64,000 nucleotides of DNA, from contig NMRA01000441.1 in the NCBI GenBank assembly GCA_002633005.1, positions 310,001 through 374,000 on the forward strand. Direction: 5' to 3'. Position 1 is the stretch's first letter. The number at the start of each line of letters is the position of its first letter. The notes under the pieces are model-generated. The model ran no database searches. It was not told where the DNA came from and worked only from the letters and a program-made list of their open reading frames with translations. Of the stretch, positions 13,701 to 26,200 are shown one piece after another. The translations under genes were made by a program, and so were the position numbers. The stretch is from Phoronis australis. Its lineage: Eukaryota > Animalia > Phoronida.

Positions 13701-13778
13701 CAGCTGAGTGCACAGATTCACGCACTGTTCAAACTTTCTACGTCTGAAGAAACTGTAAGCCAAATACAGAGGGTCCAT
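1690..13778 (-). CDS. TTC8: Tetratricopeptide repeat protein 8 / Bardet-Biedl syndrome 8 (BBSome subunit); spliced gene, 3'-partial
   Basis: Ten phase-compatible GT-AG exons: 13778-13677, 12106-11925, 11569-11410, 10622-10488, 9865-9780, 8869-8671, 8064-7925 (duplicate 6266-6127), 4895-4724, 4202-4080, 1773-1690 = 461 codons. Recognisable BBS8 motifs MDPLYLAYSFFRRRKF, ARPGTSLKTP, RPGTQSGRPGTMEQAIRTPRTA, DWWWKVQLGKCYYRLG, NNHAEAYNNLGVLE, PHMFEPHYNYA. Terminal exon with the stop codon not found in 1-1689. Confidence 0.96.
4080..4202 (-). CDS. TTC8: TTC8 exon 9
   Basis: GIGDTNLAYQCFRLALTADNNHAEAYNNLGVLELRKGHMEL. Confidence 0.93.
4317..4574. mobile_element. Tc1/mariner-type MITE
   Basis: TIR CAGTACAAGCCAAAAGTA / TACTTTTGTCTTGTATTG flanked by TA; extra right-TIR copy at 4591-4610; homologous copy at 32416-32653. 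Confidence 0.7.
4724..4895 (-). CDS. TTC8: TTC8 exon 8
   Basis: RLLQMGVYNTELFNNLGLCCFYSQQYDMTLNCFERALALANDETMADVWYNIGHVAL. Confidence 0.94.
6127..6266 (-). CDS. TTC8: TTC8 exon 7 (copy A, duplicated across the assembly gap)
   Basis: Same peptide as 7925-8064; two synonymous differences seen; splice sites intact. Confidence 0.75.
6370..6579. repeat. 24-bp minisatellite (TATTATGCATTAATACACACATTA)n running into the gap
   Basis: About 8.5 near-perfect copies. Confidence 0.95.
6580..6857. other. Assembly gap (278 N)
   Basis: Run of n characters. Confidence 0.99.
7925..8064 (-). CDS. TTC8: TTC8 exon 7 (copy B)
   Basis: GLNDMTSATQFYKEVLHYDNMNVEAIACIATHHFYTDQPEVALKFY(R); 140 nt. Confidence 0.9.
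8671..8869 (-). CDS. TTC8: TTC8 exon 6
   Basis: LGLYREAERQIKSALKQQEMVDIFLYLAKVYVRLDQPLAAVDIYKQAVEKFPGEISLLTGIARIQE. Confidence 0.94.
8994..9206 (+). mobile_element. tRNA-derived SINE
   Basis: B-box GGTTCGAGTCC, AT-rich tail, 12-bp TSD TGCCATACATGA (8982-8993, 9207-9218); homologous inverted copy at 28206-28452. Confidence 0.82.
9780..9865 (-). CDS. TTC8: TTC8 exon 5
   Basis: ALELAALATEACQYKDWWWKVQLGKCYY(R). Confidence 0.94.
10488..10622 (-). CDS. TTC8: TTC8 exon 4
   Basis: ASMLSTPDGPFINLGRLNFSKYAQRQNLAKALFEYIFHHENDVRN. Confidence 0.94.
11410..11569 (-). CDS. TTC8: TTC8 exon 3
   Basis: PVSQSGRPLTGFARPGTQSGRPGTMEQAIRTPRTAHTARPVTSASGRYVRLGT. Confidence 0.94.
11925..12106 (-). CDS. TTC8: TTC8 exon 2
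   Basis: AAWTLKTRALTEQVYVDEVDVDEEGIAEMLMDDNSIAQVARPGTSLKTPGAGQGTPSQGV; AG/GT bounded. Confidence 0.93.
12561..12817. repeat. 33-bp minisatellite (GAGGTGGTCAGTAGTCAGTAGAGTGGTCAGTAT)n in TTC8 intron 1
   Basis: About 7.7 near-perfect copies. Confidence 0.95.
13677..13778 (-). CDS. TTC8: TTC8 exon 1
   Basis: MDPLYLAYSFFRRRKFEQCVNLCTQLLEKNPYDQ then GTAACC donor. Confidence 0.93.
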
Positions 13779-14085
13779 TGCGAACTAAATTGCTCTGTTA
13801 CAACAAAATTGACAGATTCCCTTTTCACAGTTTCACAAGACCCCAAAAAATTCAATATGTCTGCCACTCGAATACCCAGTAAACGTTTCAATAATACAGT
13901 TTATTGCACAAAAAATACATTTTAATGCATTAGTTACTATTTTATTTTTCTTTATTTAGTTAATTGTTTCATGTTTTTTATTTAGTTAATTGTTTCATGT
14001 AAGATTTGTAGATTGAAATATTTATGTTAGAAAGGCAATCATTGAGCGACATCTGCCGGTAATTTGTCGAGAGGTGAAAACAAAC
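13779..14085. promoter_or_regulatory. Putative bidirectional promoter / 5' UTRs of TTC8 and DHTKD1
   Basis: 307 bp between divergent ATGs; AT-rich core with a 24-bp direct repeat (13951-13974, 13977-14000); CTCF-like CCGGCAGATGTCGCT on the minus strand at 14045-14059. Confidence 0.7.
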
Positions 14086-14236
14086 ATGTCTAGTAGCACG
14101 AGATTGCTTATGCGCAGTGTTTTGCTGCAAAAGTGCACCAGAAGACCGCTACTTGCGAGTCTGTATTATGGAAAATACCATACTTCAACAGGAGTGTATG
14201 GATTTCGTCCTAGACAGAGAACTGAAAATGCTGATC
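14086..14236 (+). CDS. DHTKD1: DHTKD1 exon 1 (mitochondrial presequence)
   Basis: [50 protein letters not shown]; donor C|GTAAG. Confidence 0.88.
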
Positions 14237-17200
14237 GTAAGAAATTTTATGGCTTTAGGAATTATAGGGGTAGCCGGTGTCACGGTGAATCAACCGGGCT
14301 GTGAATTCCAAACCATTTGAACGTTGACTCATAGATATTGACGTGAGTGTGTTTGTTCAACAGCGTGACTCTTGCTCTCAAGTGCAGCCCACTCCTTTGG
14401 CTCTTATCTGGCATTGCTAGTCTGCTAGCACTCAGCTTGACCATGTCTCTCTGATCATGATGACCTTGACATGTACATAACCAGCCGGGGTCATGGGGTC
14501 AATAACCAGTTCTGTTTGTTTACTTTGAGCTGGTGCATAGTGCCAACTGTTCCACTTTTGGTGGGATGGTTCCACTTTTTTTAATCTTCAGTGGTCCCTG
14601 TCAAATCCTCGGGATAGAAAGTGCCAGTTCCTTTTTCCTGATGTGCGATTATTCCAGAGGGCCACTGTTCTGGAAGGCTGCAAGGCTGGGGGCACAAAAA
14701 ATATTTTGTGGGACTAGCTATTTTGGTTCTGAAGGGCCATTCTTCCCAAAAGTGTTTCGCTACATGGATATTACAGAGTAGTACACATTCTAGACAGTGT
14801 CATTGCTGTGCGTCAACTTGGAATCCTGTTAAATCTCAAGATCTTGTGTGCATGATGAACTTGGAATTGAATATTTATATGGGTAGTGTAAAGAATTTCT
14901 GTTATAACTTGCCCTTCGATTGCCGATTTTCTCCTTTACGTAACTTGTGTCAAAGAATGCACAAACGGTGAAATCAATTACTGTTTGGTGATTAAGATTG
15001 CCAGTAGGTGAAAAAAGGTCGCTTAAAATTTACATTGTTTTATTTTAACATGTAATTTGATTTAGTGCAATGCAAATTTTTATAACAACATGAATGATCT
15101 TGTCAAATTTCCTCATGTTTCCAAGTCCACGCATATGCGATCTTGAGATTAAACAGGTTTCCAAGTTCACGCACAAGAGCACACCCTATCAGATTGCCTT
15201 GTAATCCACAAGATTTTTTCTGCAAATAACACTTCGTTGAATGCACGACATTTTTCATTGTTCACAGTCTTTATTCCATTGCGTTCATACTTTTTGAACA
15301 AAACTCTACTCTCTACTGAACATAGATGCAGTTACTGACCTAGCGACATAATTAAAAGACACACGATATTTTGAAACATACTTGTTTCATTCTCAAGTGA
15401 AGATAAAATGACGCAGTAATGCCACCACAGAGTATAAGCTGACGACACACACAGTGAGACACGGCGGGTGTGAAATATTGCAAAGAATGACTAATGAATT
15501 GGGGTAACAGGAAAGTCACGCAAACAAGTGTAACGTGCAGCGCGACCCTGTTTGCTGCTCATTCAAAATAGGCTTCTCAAAAGCAATTAACAAATGCTCC
15601 CCTAATCATTTTTTTATTCTTCCCTTCAACGAAATTGAAGACTGATCTCTGCTACAGTTATTGTGTTTGATATCATACAGAAATGCACAAAATGTTTTGA
15701 GGAGGTAACCAATCTGCCAGCCATGCGGAGAGGAAGCAGCACAGATGCTGTCTGTGAACTTTCATGATAACAACAATCGGGGGCCAATGAATCGAGGACA
15801 CCTGTGGCTGTATCTTGTCATGATTTTCCATTCCATTTCATGATCGAAAATAAAACGCCGTCGGTCGTGCTTTTCCATTTTGTAATGTTGAGACTATGTT
15901 TAAGGTTAATGCTGCGTGCAGAAAAATCTGCTAATTCAGTTGTTCAAGTAACAAAGGGGTTCTTAAAGTCAGCTAGGGATCACAAAAATATTCGAAATCA
16001 GGAGTTTATTTTTATTGTAATGGAAATGAGCACATGCAGTCGTAGCCGAATTATGCCAACCTGGTTCTTGACGCTGCATTTCTCCAAAAAATGAAAACTG
16101 CTATTGTTTATTTGAATGCTGTGTTTTAAAACGATCACTTTGATCATGACACTTACTTGACAGAGCTACTTATTTGTATCTTTGAAAACAGTTCTGCTAC
16201 AACCTTGCTTCTGTAAAACCTTATTTATAAGGCAATGATGTTATAAGTGAAATAAAGCATTTTTGGAAAAATTTAAAATTTTCTGAAAATCACAGATGTG
16301 TTGTCAAAGTTAATAAAATATTTTTTGGCTTAGATTATTCCATGAAATTGTTAAATAAATTTTATAAATTAACAATGCTGTGAATTTTGTATTTGAATTT
16401 AATGCTTTTTTTATATATGGCAAACGATCCTTTATAAGTCATGACTAAAATTCGAATATAAAGTGTCATACTCGAATATTTATCCATGACCTTAAAATTC
16501 CAGGTTTTATGGTAACAAAGAAATCGTGTAGCAAAACCAATGTCCTCTTTTCCGTCTTAGCTGCTTTTGCTTTTATAGCAAATTTTGGTTCAGAAAATCA
16601 TCTTGTTTTCATATTGCTGAACGGCATCCTCGCTTCTCTTTTACAGTTGATAAAGAAACGATCGACCAGCGAAGCAAATACGCCAATCTTTGGCGATACA
16701 TTACAGCGTATAGAAACTATGGTCATAGACGGGCAGACATCAATCCATTGGGATATAAACCACAGTGAGTGTGTTCTTAGTTTTCTTGAAAATCAAATTT
16801 CGATCACACCATCCTATGCACACAACTGGTGTGCGTTCTGTACATGCGAGAATCTTGGAAAACGCAAGACATCTAAAGATATTGCCACGTGATCTCACTA
16901 GCTTCCTTCACGATATTCTTGCATCTACGGAACTCTGCGATATTCTTCCCTTGTACTAAATGAGCATAGCTGGTTCTGGTCTTTGTTGTTTTGGAAATCG
17001 AGATGGTGGTGTGGTATTTTTAGTGGTTCACTTTTTTTTCAAAAAGGAAAATCAACCAAAGATGAGCAGAACCAACAACGATTTTTTGGTCATATCTCAC
17101 CTTGGAATGCAGGCAACAGTCACTTATAAGGATCTCAAAATTTGAGAACCAGTTTGATGCCCATTATTCAGAGGAGAAAACTGGTTCTCGTAATGCGAAA

Positions 17201-20200
17201 CCCATGTCAAGTGACTATTATTAGACTGTGTCCGTGTGCTTTATTGGTAAGCATTTTGATTCTGTTGATATCAGAAGCAAGTTCTGGTCAGTAGCGAGTT
17301 AGCAGTGAGTCTTCCATGTATTGTCTGGGATGCTATCTCAAACTTGTTATAGTTTTTGATACCGGGAAGTGTGCTCACCGTAACTTTTAAAGTGAAACTA
17401 CAGTAATCAGTGTTGACATTTTGACATCGCTTATGTTACTGACAGCTTCGTAAAAAATGAATCTTTTACATATGCAAAATTGCTGTCTTAAGTGTTATTT
17501 ATGTAGTGTGGTTCTTTGAAAATATTTCTTGAATCACTTAGCAGATATTTTGGTTATACCCAAATGATAATTTTTTAACAGTTTGTACTAAATTGTCTTA
17601 AAGTTCACTCAAAATGTCACTTTTGCCAAGTTCGCTTGATCTTGAAACTGAATGAAAATTTACATAATTTGTAAAAGTAATTGGTATACTGTCTCGTCTA
17701 TGCTTTTTCAATCGTTTCCTCTTCTTTTCAACAAAGTTCTGTCTATGAAGAACTAGTTGAATAATGATGACTAAATGATGATTTAGTTGAACAATGAAGA
17801 CTTAATTTTCATTTTGTCATTCCAGTATTCTTCCTGAGCTGGACCCTTCTATATACAATTTGTCTCATGATGACCAATACCCAGTTAAAGGACTACTCAA
17901 TGTCACATTGGAAGATGAGAAACCAACGGGATCTTTGTCGGAAATCACAGACGCACTTGAAAGACTTTATTGCGGTGCAATCTCAGTCGAGTTTCAGCAC
18001 CTTTTTGTAAGCACTACATAATGAACTTGTTATTAGTGTTTTTACTCTGTCTGTTAAAGATGTCTTTATTTTGTCGGTGTGCCATTCTAAAGTTGTACTT
18101 TTCTGTTTTTCTTTTGTTTCCAGGGTTTGCCTAAAGCAAGACCACATTAAACACAGTAACTCATTTGAATTAGTGGCATTATTTCTGATTAACATTATAG
18201 TTTACGAGCAGCGTTTCCTTTCTCACCCACCACATTTGTTTTCTCATTTACATCAAACCTTCTTTTCTATAAAAGAATTATATTATAATCAGGAAAATTA
18301 AACCTGTTCATCTGGACTGTATCATACTTACTAAAAAATCCCTTAAGCTCTCGGGAGCATCATGCTCCTTCTACAGGAATGATTGAATGGTTGGACTGGC
18401 AGGACAGGTGGAGCTTCTCGCTGTGTTCTTGTGAGACACAATCCACAGTACCGTTCCAAGCGGAGGCCAGCCTGCCACCTCAGTGTCTGTAAAGAGATGG
18501 ATTGTGGTAAATGAAGATGGCCCCCTTGGCGCCTCTTTGGAAACAGTTCTTTTCCCCGCTCAAAATTTCAACACCGTCATTATTGAACTCGTGACCAGTC
18601 GCATGCAAGCAGACGAAAAACACCTTTTCCCGCATTCCTCCGGTGTTGGTACAACCATTTATGAAAGGGTTGTTTGAGTTTCCACTATATACTCCTCTGC
18701 ACAATTGTCACCTTCACAACGGATGTGTTAAATTAACCCACTGGTGTTTTCTTTGATGGGTTTGTCCTTAGGATGCACCAAGGAATACCGCAGAGTGTTA
18801 CTTGGATGATGATCAACATTGATCCCATAATCAGACCCAACGCACTGTAGATTTTCTGACAATTCTTTAATATCTGGAAACGACAGGCTAGTAACAGTCC
18901 GATTCTCATTGCGTGGCTTACTTTTAAGTATGTTACTTCTTGCCCAGCGGGGATACCCACAACTGGACATTGCAGTAGCTGAATGCTCTTTATGACTCTA
19001 TCTGATTGTTTGGTTACTAAGTGGTCTGCTCTGTAATTCAGAGAGCGTGTAACACCATACTTGTGACAGAGGGTGTGGTGAGAATCAAACGATAAATATT
19101 GGTGGATGTGCATAGGTTTGAATTCCTAAACACAATGAATCTGTCTATTATAATCCAAGGCCATTTAACAATCCAAAACGGGAGACTACACTCTGACATG
19201 AGTTTTTGTGTGAATGCAATAAGTGGGTCTTTTGAATTGGGAATATCAAAAAAACTCCACTTACTCTACTTGTTTATTCACCTCAAAAGTGTAGTCAACA
19301 TACCATTGCTACAACTTCGGTTGTTCACCCATGTAACAAGCATGATAAGTCCAACTGAACAGGTTTAATTTTTCGGATCATGAACTTTCCTGGATGGGAG
19401 AAGACTTGATTTCAAAATAAAAGAGAAGTGTGTATGGGAAAAGAATTGTGTGTGGGACAAGAATTGTGTGTGGGACAAGAATTGTGTGTGGGACAAGAAT
19501 TGTGTGTGGGACAAGAGTTGTGTGTGGGACAAGAGTTGTTTTCATGAGAAGAAAACACTGTTAGCAAGAATATCAGAATATATAAGTGCATTTTGTGGGT
19601 GGAGAAAACGACCTATGGCTTCCCTACAGAACCCAAATGCCGAATGAAATGTGTAAGTGCTTTCAAGTATGCTCGAATCATGGACCACAAAAGGAACATT
19701 TCATCAAGTTAGTAGGTATGTATTGGTACCACACTGACTCCTTTCACAACCGGATTTGTGGCAAGAAAGATCATCACTCGAATGATATTACATAACTGTT
19801 GTCTTTATTCTTCAAAAGGGTCAAAAAATATATCCAGAACGTGGCGGACCCCTGTAGATGTGTGTAATTGTCCTTTTACTGAAATACGGACCTGCAAACC
19901 AGAGTCACCCACCTGTTAACGTAAAATTTGGATGCAAAAATGTGACAGGTGGACAAAAAAGGAAAGCAAGCCAATGGGAATCCTTTCAATTGTGTGGCCT
20001 TGCCATTCATTTGATTTGGGGTTCTTCTTTTAGAAGTATGAGATTCACAACTGTAGCTGCATGATTATTGATTGCAGGCCTGTTATCTGTTCTGACTATT
20101 CTACAGAACTGATCTTGTTTTTGTTTACCATGGGTATACTTGCCGGTCAGTTGCCCTAAATGTTTCTTCTTGTCGCAATCTTTACAGACCCACCAAGAGC

Positions 20201-23200
20201 GTGAGTGGTTTGCGCATCGCTACGAAGAGATTAAATTTGCACCTGTTCCCGATGAAAAGAAAATTGAACTTGCCAAACTGATGTTGAGATGTCAGGTAGA
20301 TCTTTGTATTTTGTTTGTTAAGTTATCCGATGCCTAACAGCTGAGGATACTGCAGTGGGGGGGGGGGGGAATTTTTGAACATGGTGGTTATCTTAGGTTG
20401 AGGGTATTGGTGACCGCAAGGCGAGGACTGTGTCCACAGGGTATGGTGATTCTGACAGAGGGAGGGTCAGGTAAAATGGGCTGTCACATCCTTGCTATAA
20501 AAACATGAGTTTGTCAGTCTCAGAGAATGTGGTGTGTCAGACTCGTTGCTTACTGAGTGGGTCCAAACCATTGTTCAAGCTCAATTTGACCTGCTGAGAA
20601 AAGAAATTGGTTTCAATCTCCTGATCATTTCCAGCTTGCTATATGATGAGAATGATTGCATTACTAACTAAAGTAGACATCACTGCATCTATAACAAGAG
20701 ACTTTCTGGAAGCAATGATGGCTGATCATGTTGGACAGGTGACTGTTACTGCCACCTGGCTGTACCAGGAGGTACTTCTACTTTACATCAGTTGGCATCT
20801 ATGCGTAACATGTTTGATCCTTTTACAATCTTAGTGATGAGAAGTGATGCATTTGAAACAAATTTAAAACTGCCTTCTTGTCTACCAGAGACCACTAGTA
20901 TTCTGTCCCATGTGATCAGTCGTCATGTTGCTACTTGAAGAAATGTCAAACAGTTAACTTTGACGACTTGTCAAGAATCATTGTCGTTTGTCACAAAAGT
21001 TGTTTAAATAGTAAAATCTCAGTTCACTGACATCTATCCTCTGTTACAGGCGTTTGACCGGTTTCTAGCCAACAAGTTCCCCACAGTCAAGCGGTATGGT
21101 GCAGAAGGCTGTGAGACCATGATTGGCTTCTTCCAAGAGTTGTTCACCTCTGCTGCCGAGTGTAGGTGCTGTTGCTGTTTGCAGTTAAAGCCACTAGCCA
21201 TCAGCTAGTAGCTCCATCTTGTGGCCAGGCCCAAAACTGGTTTTCCTCTCAACTGGCTGCTGTGTTTACCTGTTTAATTAGTCTACCTGTTCTTCCCAAC
21301 CCCAATTTAAATGTTAATTATAGAGTAAGTTGAGGCAAGTTTATTAGTGACAAGTGGCTAAATTTAATTGTTGAATGTTTTTAACATTGAAAATTTTTTA
21401 ATGCGAATGGATTGCAATATTAACATTATAATCAGGTTCGTCTACTAGGATGAATGATTAAGAAGTGCTTGAAATTTGCAATGTTTCAATTAATATCATT
21501 TTGGGAAGGCCGGTTTTGAATTAATAAGCAATGGTTTAGTAATGTTCAGTTGGACATGATTTTATTACTCTGTGCTGTGCAGTCTTCAAGTTGAATTTCT
21601 CAGGAGTTAGACAATTTGTTGTTCAAATTTTTATTAATTTATAAGTTCTTTTCAAATATTAAGTTAAACATTACTTATTGCATCTGCTCCGACAATATAG
21701 TTTATTCCGTTTTAGTTGACATTGAAGAGGTGATTATGTGCATGCCACATAGAGGGCGCTTGAATCTGCTCACGTGTCTACTCAAGTACCCGCCCGTCGC
21801 CATGTTTCATAAGGTATCTAACTTCCATTGAGCAACTGACTAGCAATTTAAAAAGTGTTTATATATTCAACAAATAGAAGTTTCCCCTAAGACACTTGGC
21901 ATAAATTACGGATGCTAGACATAGTTTTTTGTGTATAAAAAAGAGTGATACTAGCATGGGATTTTTTGTTCAACAATGCCCCCAATGTGTGATACATCTA
22001 GTATATACTGTTAGTGATAGAAACCAGTTTACATTTAATTCTGGGAAAACTTAAAAAATTAATAGTGAAAAGACTTTTTTCTTCACAGAGTGTCTCCTTA
22101 TATGTGCGATGTGGGTTTTTCAACTTCATACCAGTCCCATGGTACGGTAAAGTCGCGTGATTTTCGGACGGCCCGCCATTTTTGACCAAGAATAAATATT
22201 TCCGAAATAAGTTTTTCATAGTCCACGAAATTCGTACAAGGTCAAAAAATGTTTTTCAACTATCCCCAAATTTCGGACAATGCCATAAAGGTCGGATTTT
22301 TGTCCCGCGACTTTCGGACAAGGAAAATTTTTAGAAACGGTAATTTGGGATCGACACAACTCCCGTGTCATCACTAAAGCGTTCAACGGATGATTACTAC
22401 TGTATACGGCTTGAGTCCGAGAATCGGTATAACGGGTTTGTAATTTTTACCTTGTCTTGACGATGTCACGACCGTTACTCGATTGTCTTGCGTTTAGCTC
22501 GTGTTTGGCGCTTTAGCTATGAAAAGAATCGCCGAGTTCCGCATGACGGAAATTTCTGATGAAAATACAAATACGAAATACACCAAAGGCTGCAACTTTT
22601 CGTTGTAGCGTAACATGTGCTCTGGCCGTGCTGTTCGACNGTTCAAATGGAAAGTGTTTAAAGAGAAGTGAGCTTCCCAAAAAGTTGCAGTTACTGTATG
22701 TGAACAGAAAGGCTTAAAACCTTGAACATTGATGGTTTGCCATGGAAGAAATAGAAAACACCTCTGGTCATTTCAATTTCTTTTATAAAATTAGGCGTTT
22801 TTAGTATTTCTGCTTTTGTTTAGTCTCTGAAAACATGCAATGATGATGTTTGATTAATACAAGATTTTGAATTCTAGATGAAAGGCAAAAGGGAATTCCC
22901 TCCTGATATAATTGGTGAAGGCGATGTTCTATCCCATTTATGTAAGTCGGCAGTCCATTCTGATTTAGTATACTGTGAATATCATCCTGCGGGTGGTCGT
23001 GCAAAAGTGTCCACTGGCAATTCTTTCAACTGGAAAGAACTGCTGTAATTTTGCGTTTGATTACATTAACCGTTATTTGCCAGTCTGAAAAAGTCACCTG
23101 TTCCGGTTCAGAGATAGAGTCTAGCTGGTGTTGGAGTTCCTGCTCGCAGTTCCTAAGTCGGCTCGGGCTAATTTTGTGGCTTAGCTAGTAGAACCAAGTA

Positions 23201-26200
23201 GACGCATTGATTTCCATTAAGAATTTTCATCTTTATTGTTTTACTTTACTTGCCTTGTATGGAGATTACTTTCAGAGTGTTTTGTAATTTAATCTTGCCT
23301 AAATGTCATGTAATACACCATGGTTTGTGTTTCGCCAAGAGATCTCAACTATCTGAGGTAGACGGCATGACGCATTCTAAAGACATTGAAATTGACGTCA
23401 TGTTATTATCCAGCAATGTACAGTTGTTAGTTTAATAATTGTCTTCTGCGCATTTCATGTAGCTACATCGGTTGACCTCAGTTATGGTGACAAGAAGGTT
23501 CACGTGACTATGCTTCCAAACCCGTCTCATCTTGAGGTAAGCCTTTCAAATCTATGGAAACTCAAACCCATTTATGATTTGTTAGGAAGTGTTTTTTGAC
23601 TTCTTTTTTAAGCAAAGTTGTGAATGTGATGATCTCCATAGAGATGATGTTACTGTAATTTTGTATCAAATCATATGTTTCTGATTCCTTCTGTGTTAGA
23701 TTGTGTAAATAAACTGCTTTTTGAAGACAAAACTTATCAAAAACATTATTGACTTTTTTGTCTATTCTGTCATTTCACAAAACAGTCTTGTGATGCTGGA
23801 AATTTAGGTTGAAAGTCATCAGTCATTTATTTAGCTCACTGTTCATTAAACAGCCTAGAGAAGAATTAGGCAAACGTTGGAAATGTGTCTTTGTCTTCAA
23901 TTCTGTAACAATGACAGTACTTTACAGACCTCACCAGTTTCACCGGATCAACCGACTAAGATATTTGATTGGTCTGTCTCAGAAGTCGTCGTCGAGAAGT
24001 AATCGGATTTTTTAGCTAGTTGACCCGGCAGAATCGGCGAAGTCAATCACTTGCAGCAATTATTTTACAATTTCGTTTGGTGGTTATGGACTTCAATAGA
24101 TATCAAATCATGGTTAATCTGCGTCATTTCAGGCTAACAATCCCGTCAGTGTAGGGAAGGCAAGAGCAAGAGAACAGTCCCTCGGGGACGGAGATTACTC
24201 ATCTGATGAGACTAGTCTACTTGGTGACAAGGTGTTGTGTCTACAGGTGCACGGAGATGCCTCGTTTGCCGCACAGGTGAGCCAAAATTGAGATCTCAAC
24301 CAAATGCAATCAGGAATAAAACCACTTCAGTGATGATGATTTGATTCATAATTCAACAATTAAGAATTCAAAACATGAACTCATTTCATCTTAAATTATG
24401 ATTGAGTAAACTTGAAAGTAATTATCTAATTACTCTCTCTCTCTCTCAGCATGTTGTACTATACTTCGGAATAGGAACTAGACAGATGTTGTTTAGAAAC
24501 CAAGTAATCTCAAAACCACTAGGTGTCGCTGATTATTGGTAGAACTCTTTATTTCAAAATCCTAATGGTGGGAATTGAAATTAGAAAGTGAATTATTACA
24601 CAAGTCAGCAACTTACAGTGACAGCATATTGTAAATAATAAAATGGGTTACATGATGCTGCAGGGTGTGGTTGCCGAGACCTTTGCCCTGGCTGACGTTC
24701 CTCATTTCTCTGTGGGTGGTAGCGTGCACTTTGTCGTCAACAACCAGTTGGGCTTCACCACCGAGGCCACCAGAGGGCGATCTTCCCTCTACTCTAGCTG
24801 TATTGGCAAGATGAATGCCTGCCCTGTAATTCATGTGAATGCTGACTTCCCAGAGGTTTGTGCTAAAATTTGGAATAAGTCTTTCTTCAGTCGTGTTTTA
24901 TTATACTTCCACTGAAAATAAAATTACAAAAAATATGTAATGTATCTATACCATAAATAGTACACAAAAACTGGAATTGCCGTCAGTTAAATTTGTTACT
25001 TCTCTAGTCACCATCAGTGTGTGTATAATGTGCTTGACTTGATACATTTTACTTGAAATTCAGAAAGGAATTTATTCATTTGTAAAAATGATTTTGTGTT
25101 TGTCAATATATTGTTGTTGATATTATGTGCATATCTTATTAATATTTATCGCATTACCCACCTGTAGAAGTGAGAGTTAGCAAAAAATTTTTTAGGGACA
25201 AACTTACTTTGATTTTTTATTTACTGGAAAATCCATTGCAACTAAACACTATCAGTTAACTTCTCCAGGCTCTATGCTGTGTGTTTGTTTGGACTGTTTG
25301 CCTTATTCCCAAAGGAAATCATCAAAGCCACTCGACTTGCCATTGAATATCGTCAAAAGTTCCGTCGTGACGTGGTTGTCGACCTAATCTGCTTCCGCCG
25401 CTGGGGTCACAATGAAGTTGACGACCCCGATTTCACCCAGCCAATCATGTATGAGACGATCAAGTCAAGGCGAAGCTTGCCCGACCTCTACTCTGAGAAT
25501 GTTCTGGTGCGACGTTGTTTAGCTCACATATCTTGACTTGTTATGTGTCCACATATTTATATGAGGTCACATATTGCTGTCATCTCTGTATGGCATCCGT
25601 GGTTTTATCTCCCAAACTCTTTGCCGGATTATAGTAAAATTTTGAGAGAATAAGTTTGCCTCTGTATTTTTGGAGTATTTTCAACATATTTTTTTTGAAA
25701 TTTGACAAATTGGTATCTGTAAGAGAGACAAATACTGTTTCCCGTTTTCGGATGGATACGAGACATTTTGTGCCACCTGGTGGCCATTTTCACTATTTTT
25801 GAGTCTGTTTTTGGCATCTTGCCTCTTTATCAACAAAACTCTTCTAAGATTGTTATGAAAATTGGAATCATGATGATAGGTGGCAGAAGTGTTCCTGTTG
25901 AGGAGAGTGTCGCTGACATGTTTTGTGCTCCCTCGAAATTATATCTAGTTTATTATTATTGCTCCCTCTACTGGGAATGTTAGAAAGTTATATTAAGTTT
26001 ATTATTATTGCTCCCTCTAGTGGGAATGTTTAGAACAATGATCATTCCTTATGACTGCTGTATGTGATGCACACTGTGTGAGATCTGCTCTCCGAATTGC
26101 TCTTACTAATATGTTTATGTAGCTTGGACATAATTTTAATGCAGTTACTTCAAAGTTTCTTTAGTACAGTGAGAAGCACTTTAAGATAAAGTTCTTGGTC

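Noticed and set aside
13789-13804. Possible RFX X-box ATTGCTCTGTTACAAC upstream of TTC8
   Set aside because: Half-sites and spacing deviate from GTTNCC-N0-3-RGYAAC; too weak to call
16509-16892. 127-aa ORF
   Set aside because: Off-frame overlap of DHTKD1 exon 2; no independent coding signal
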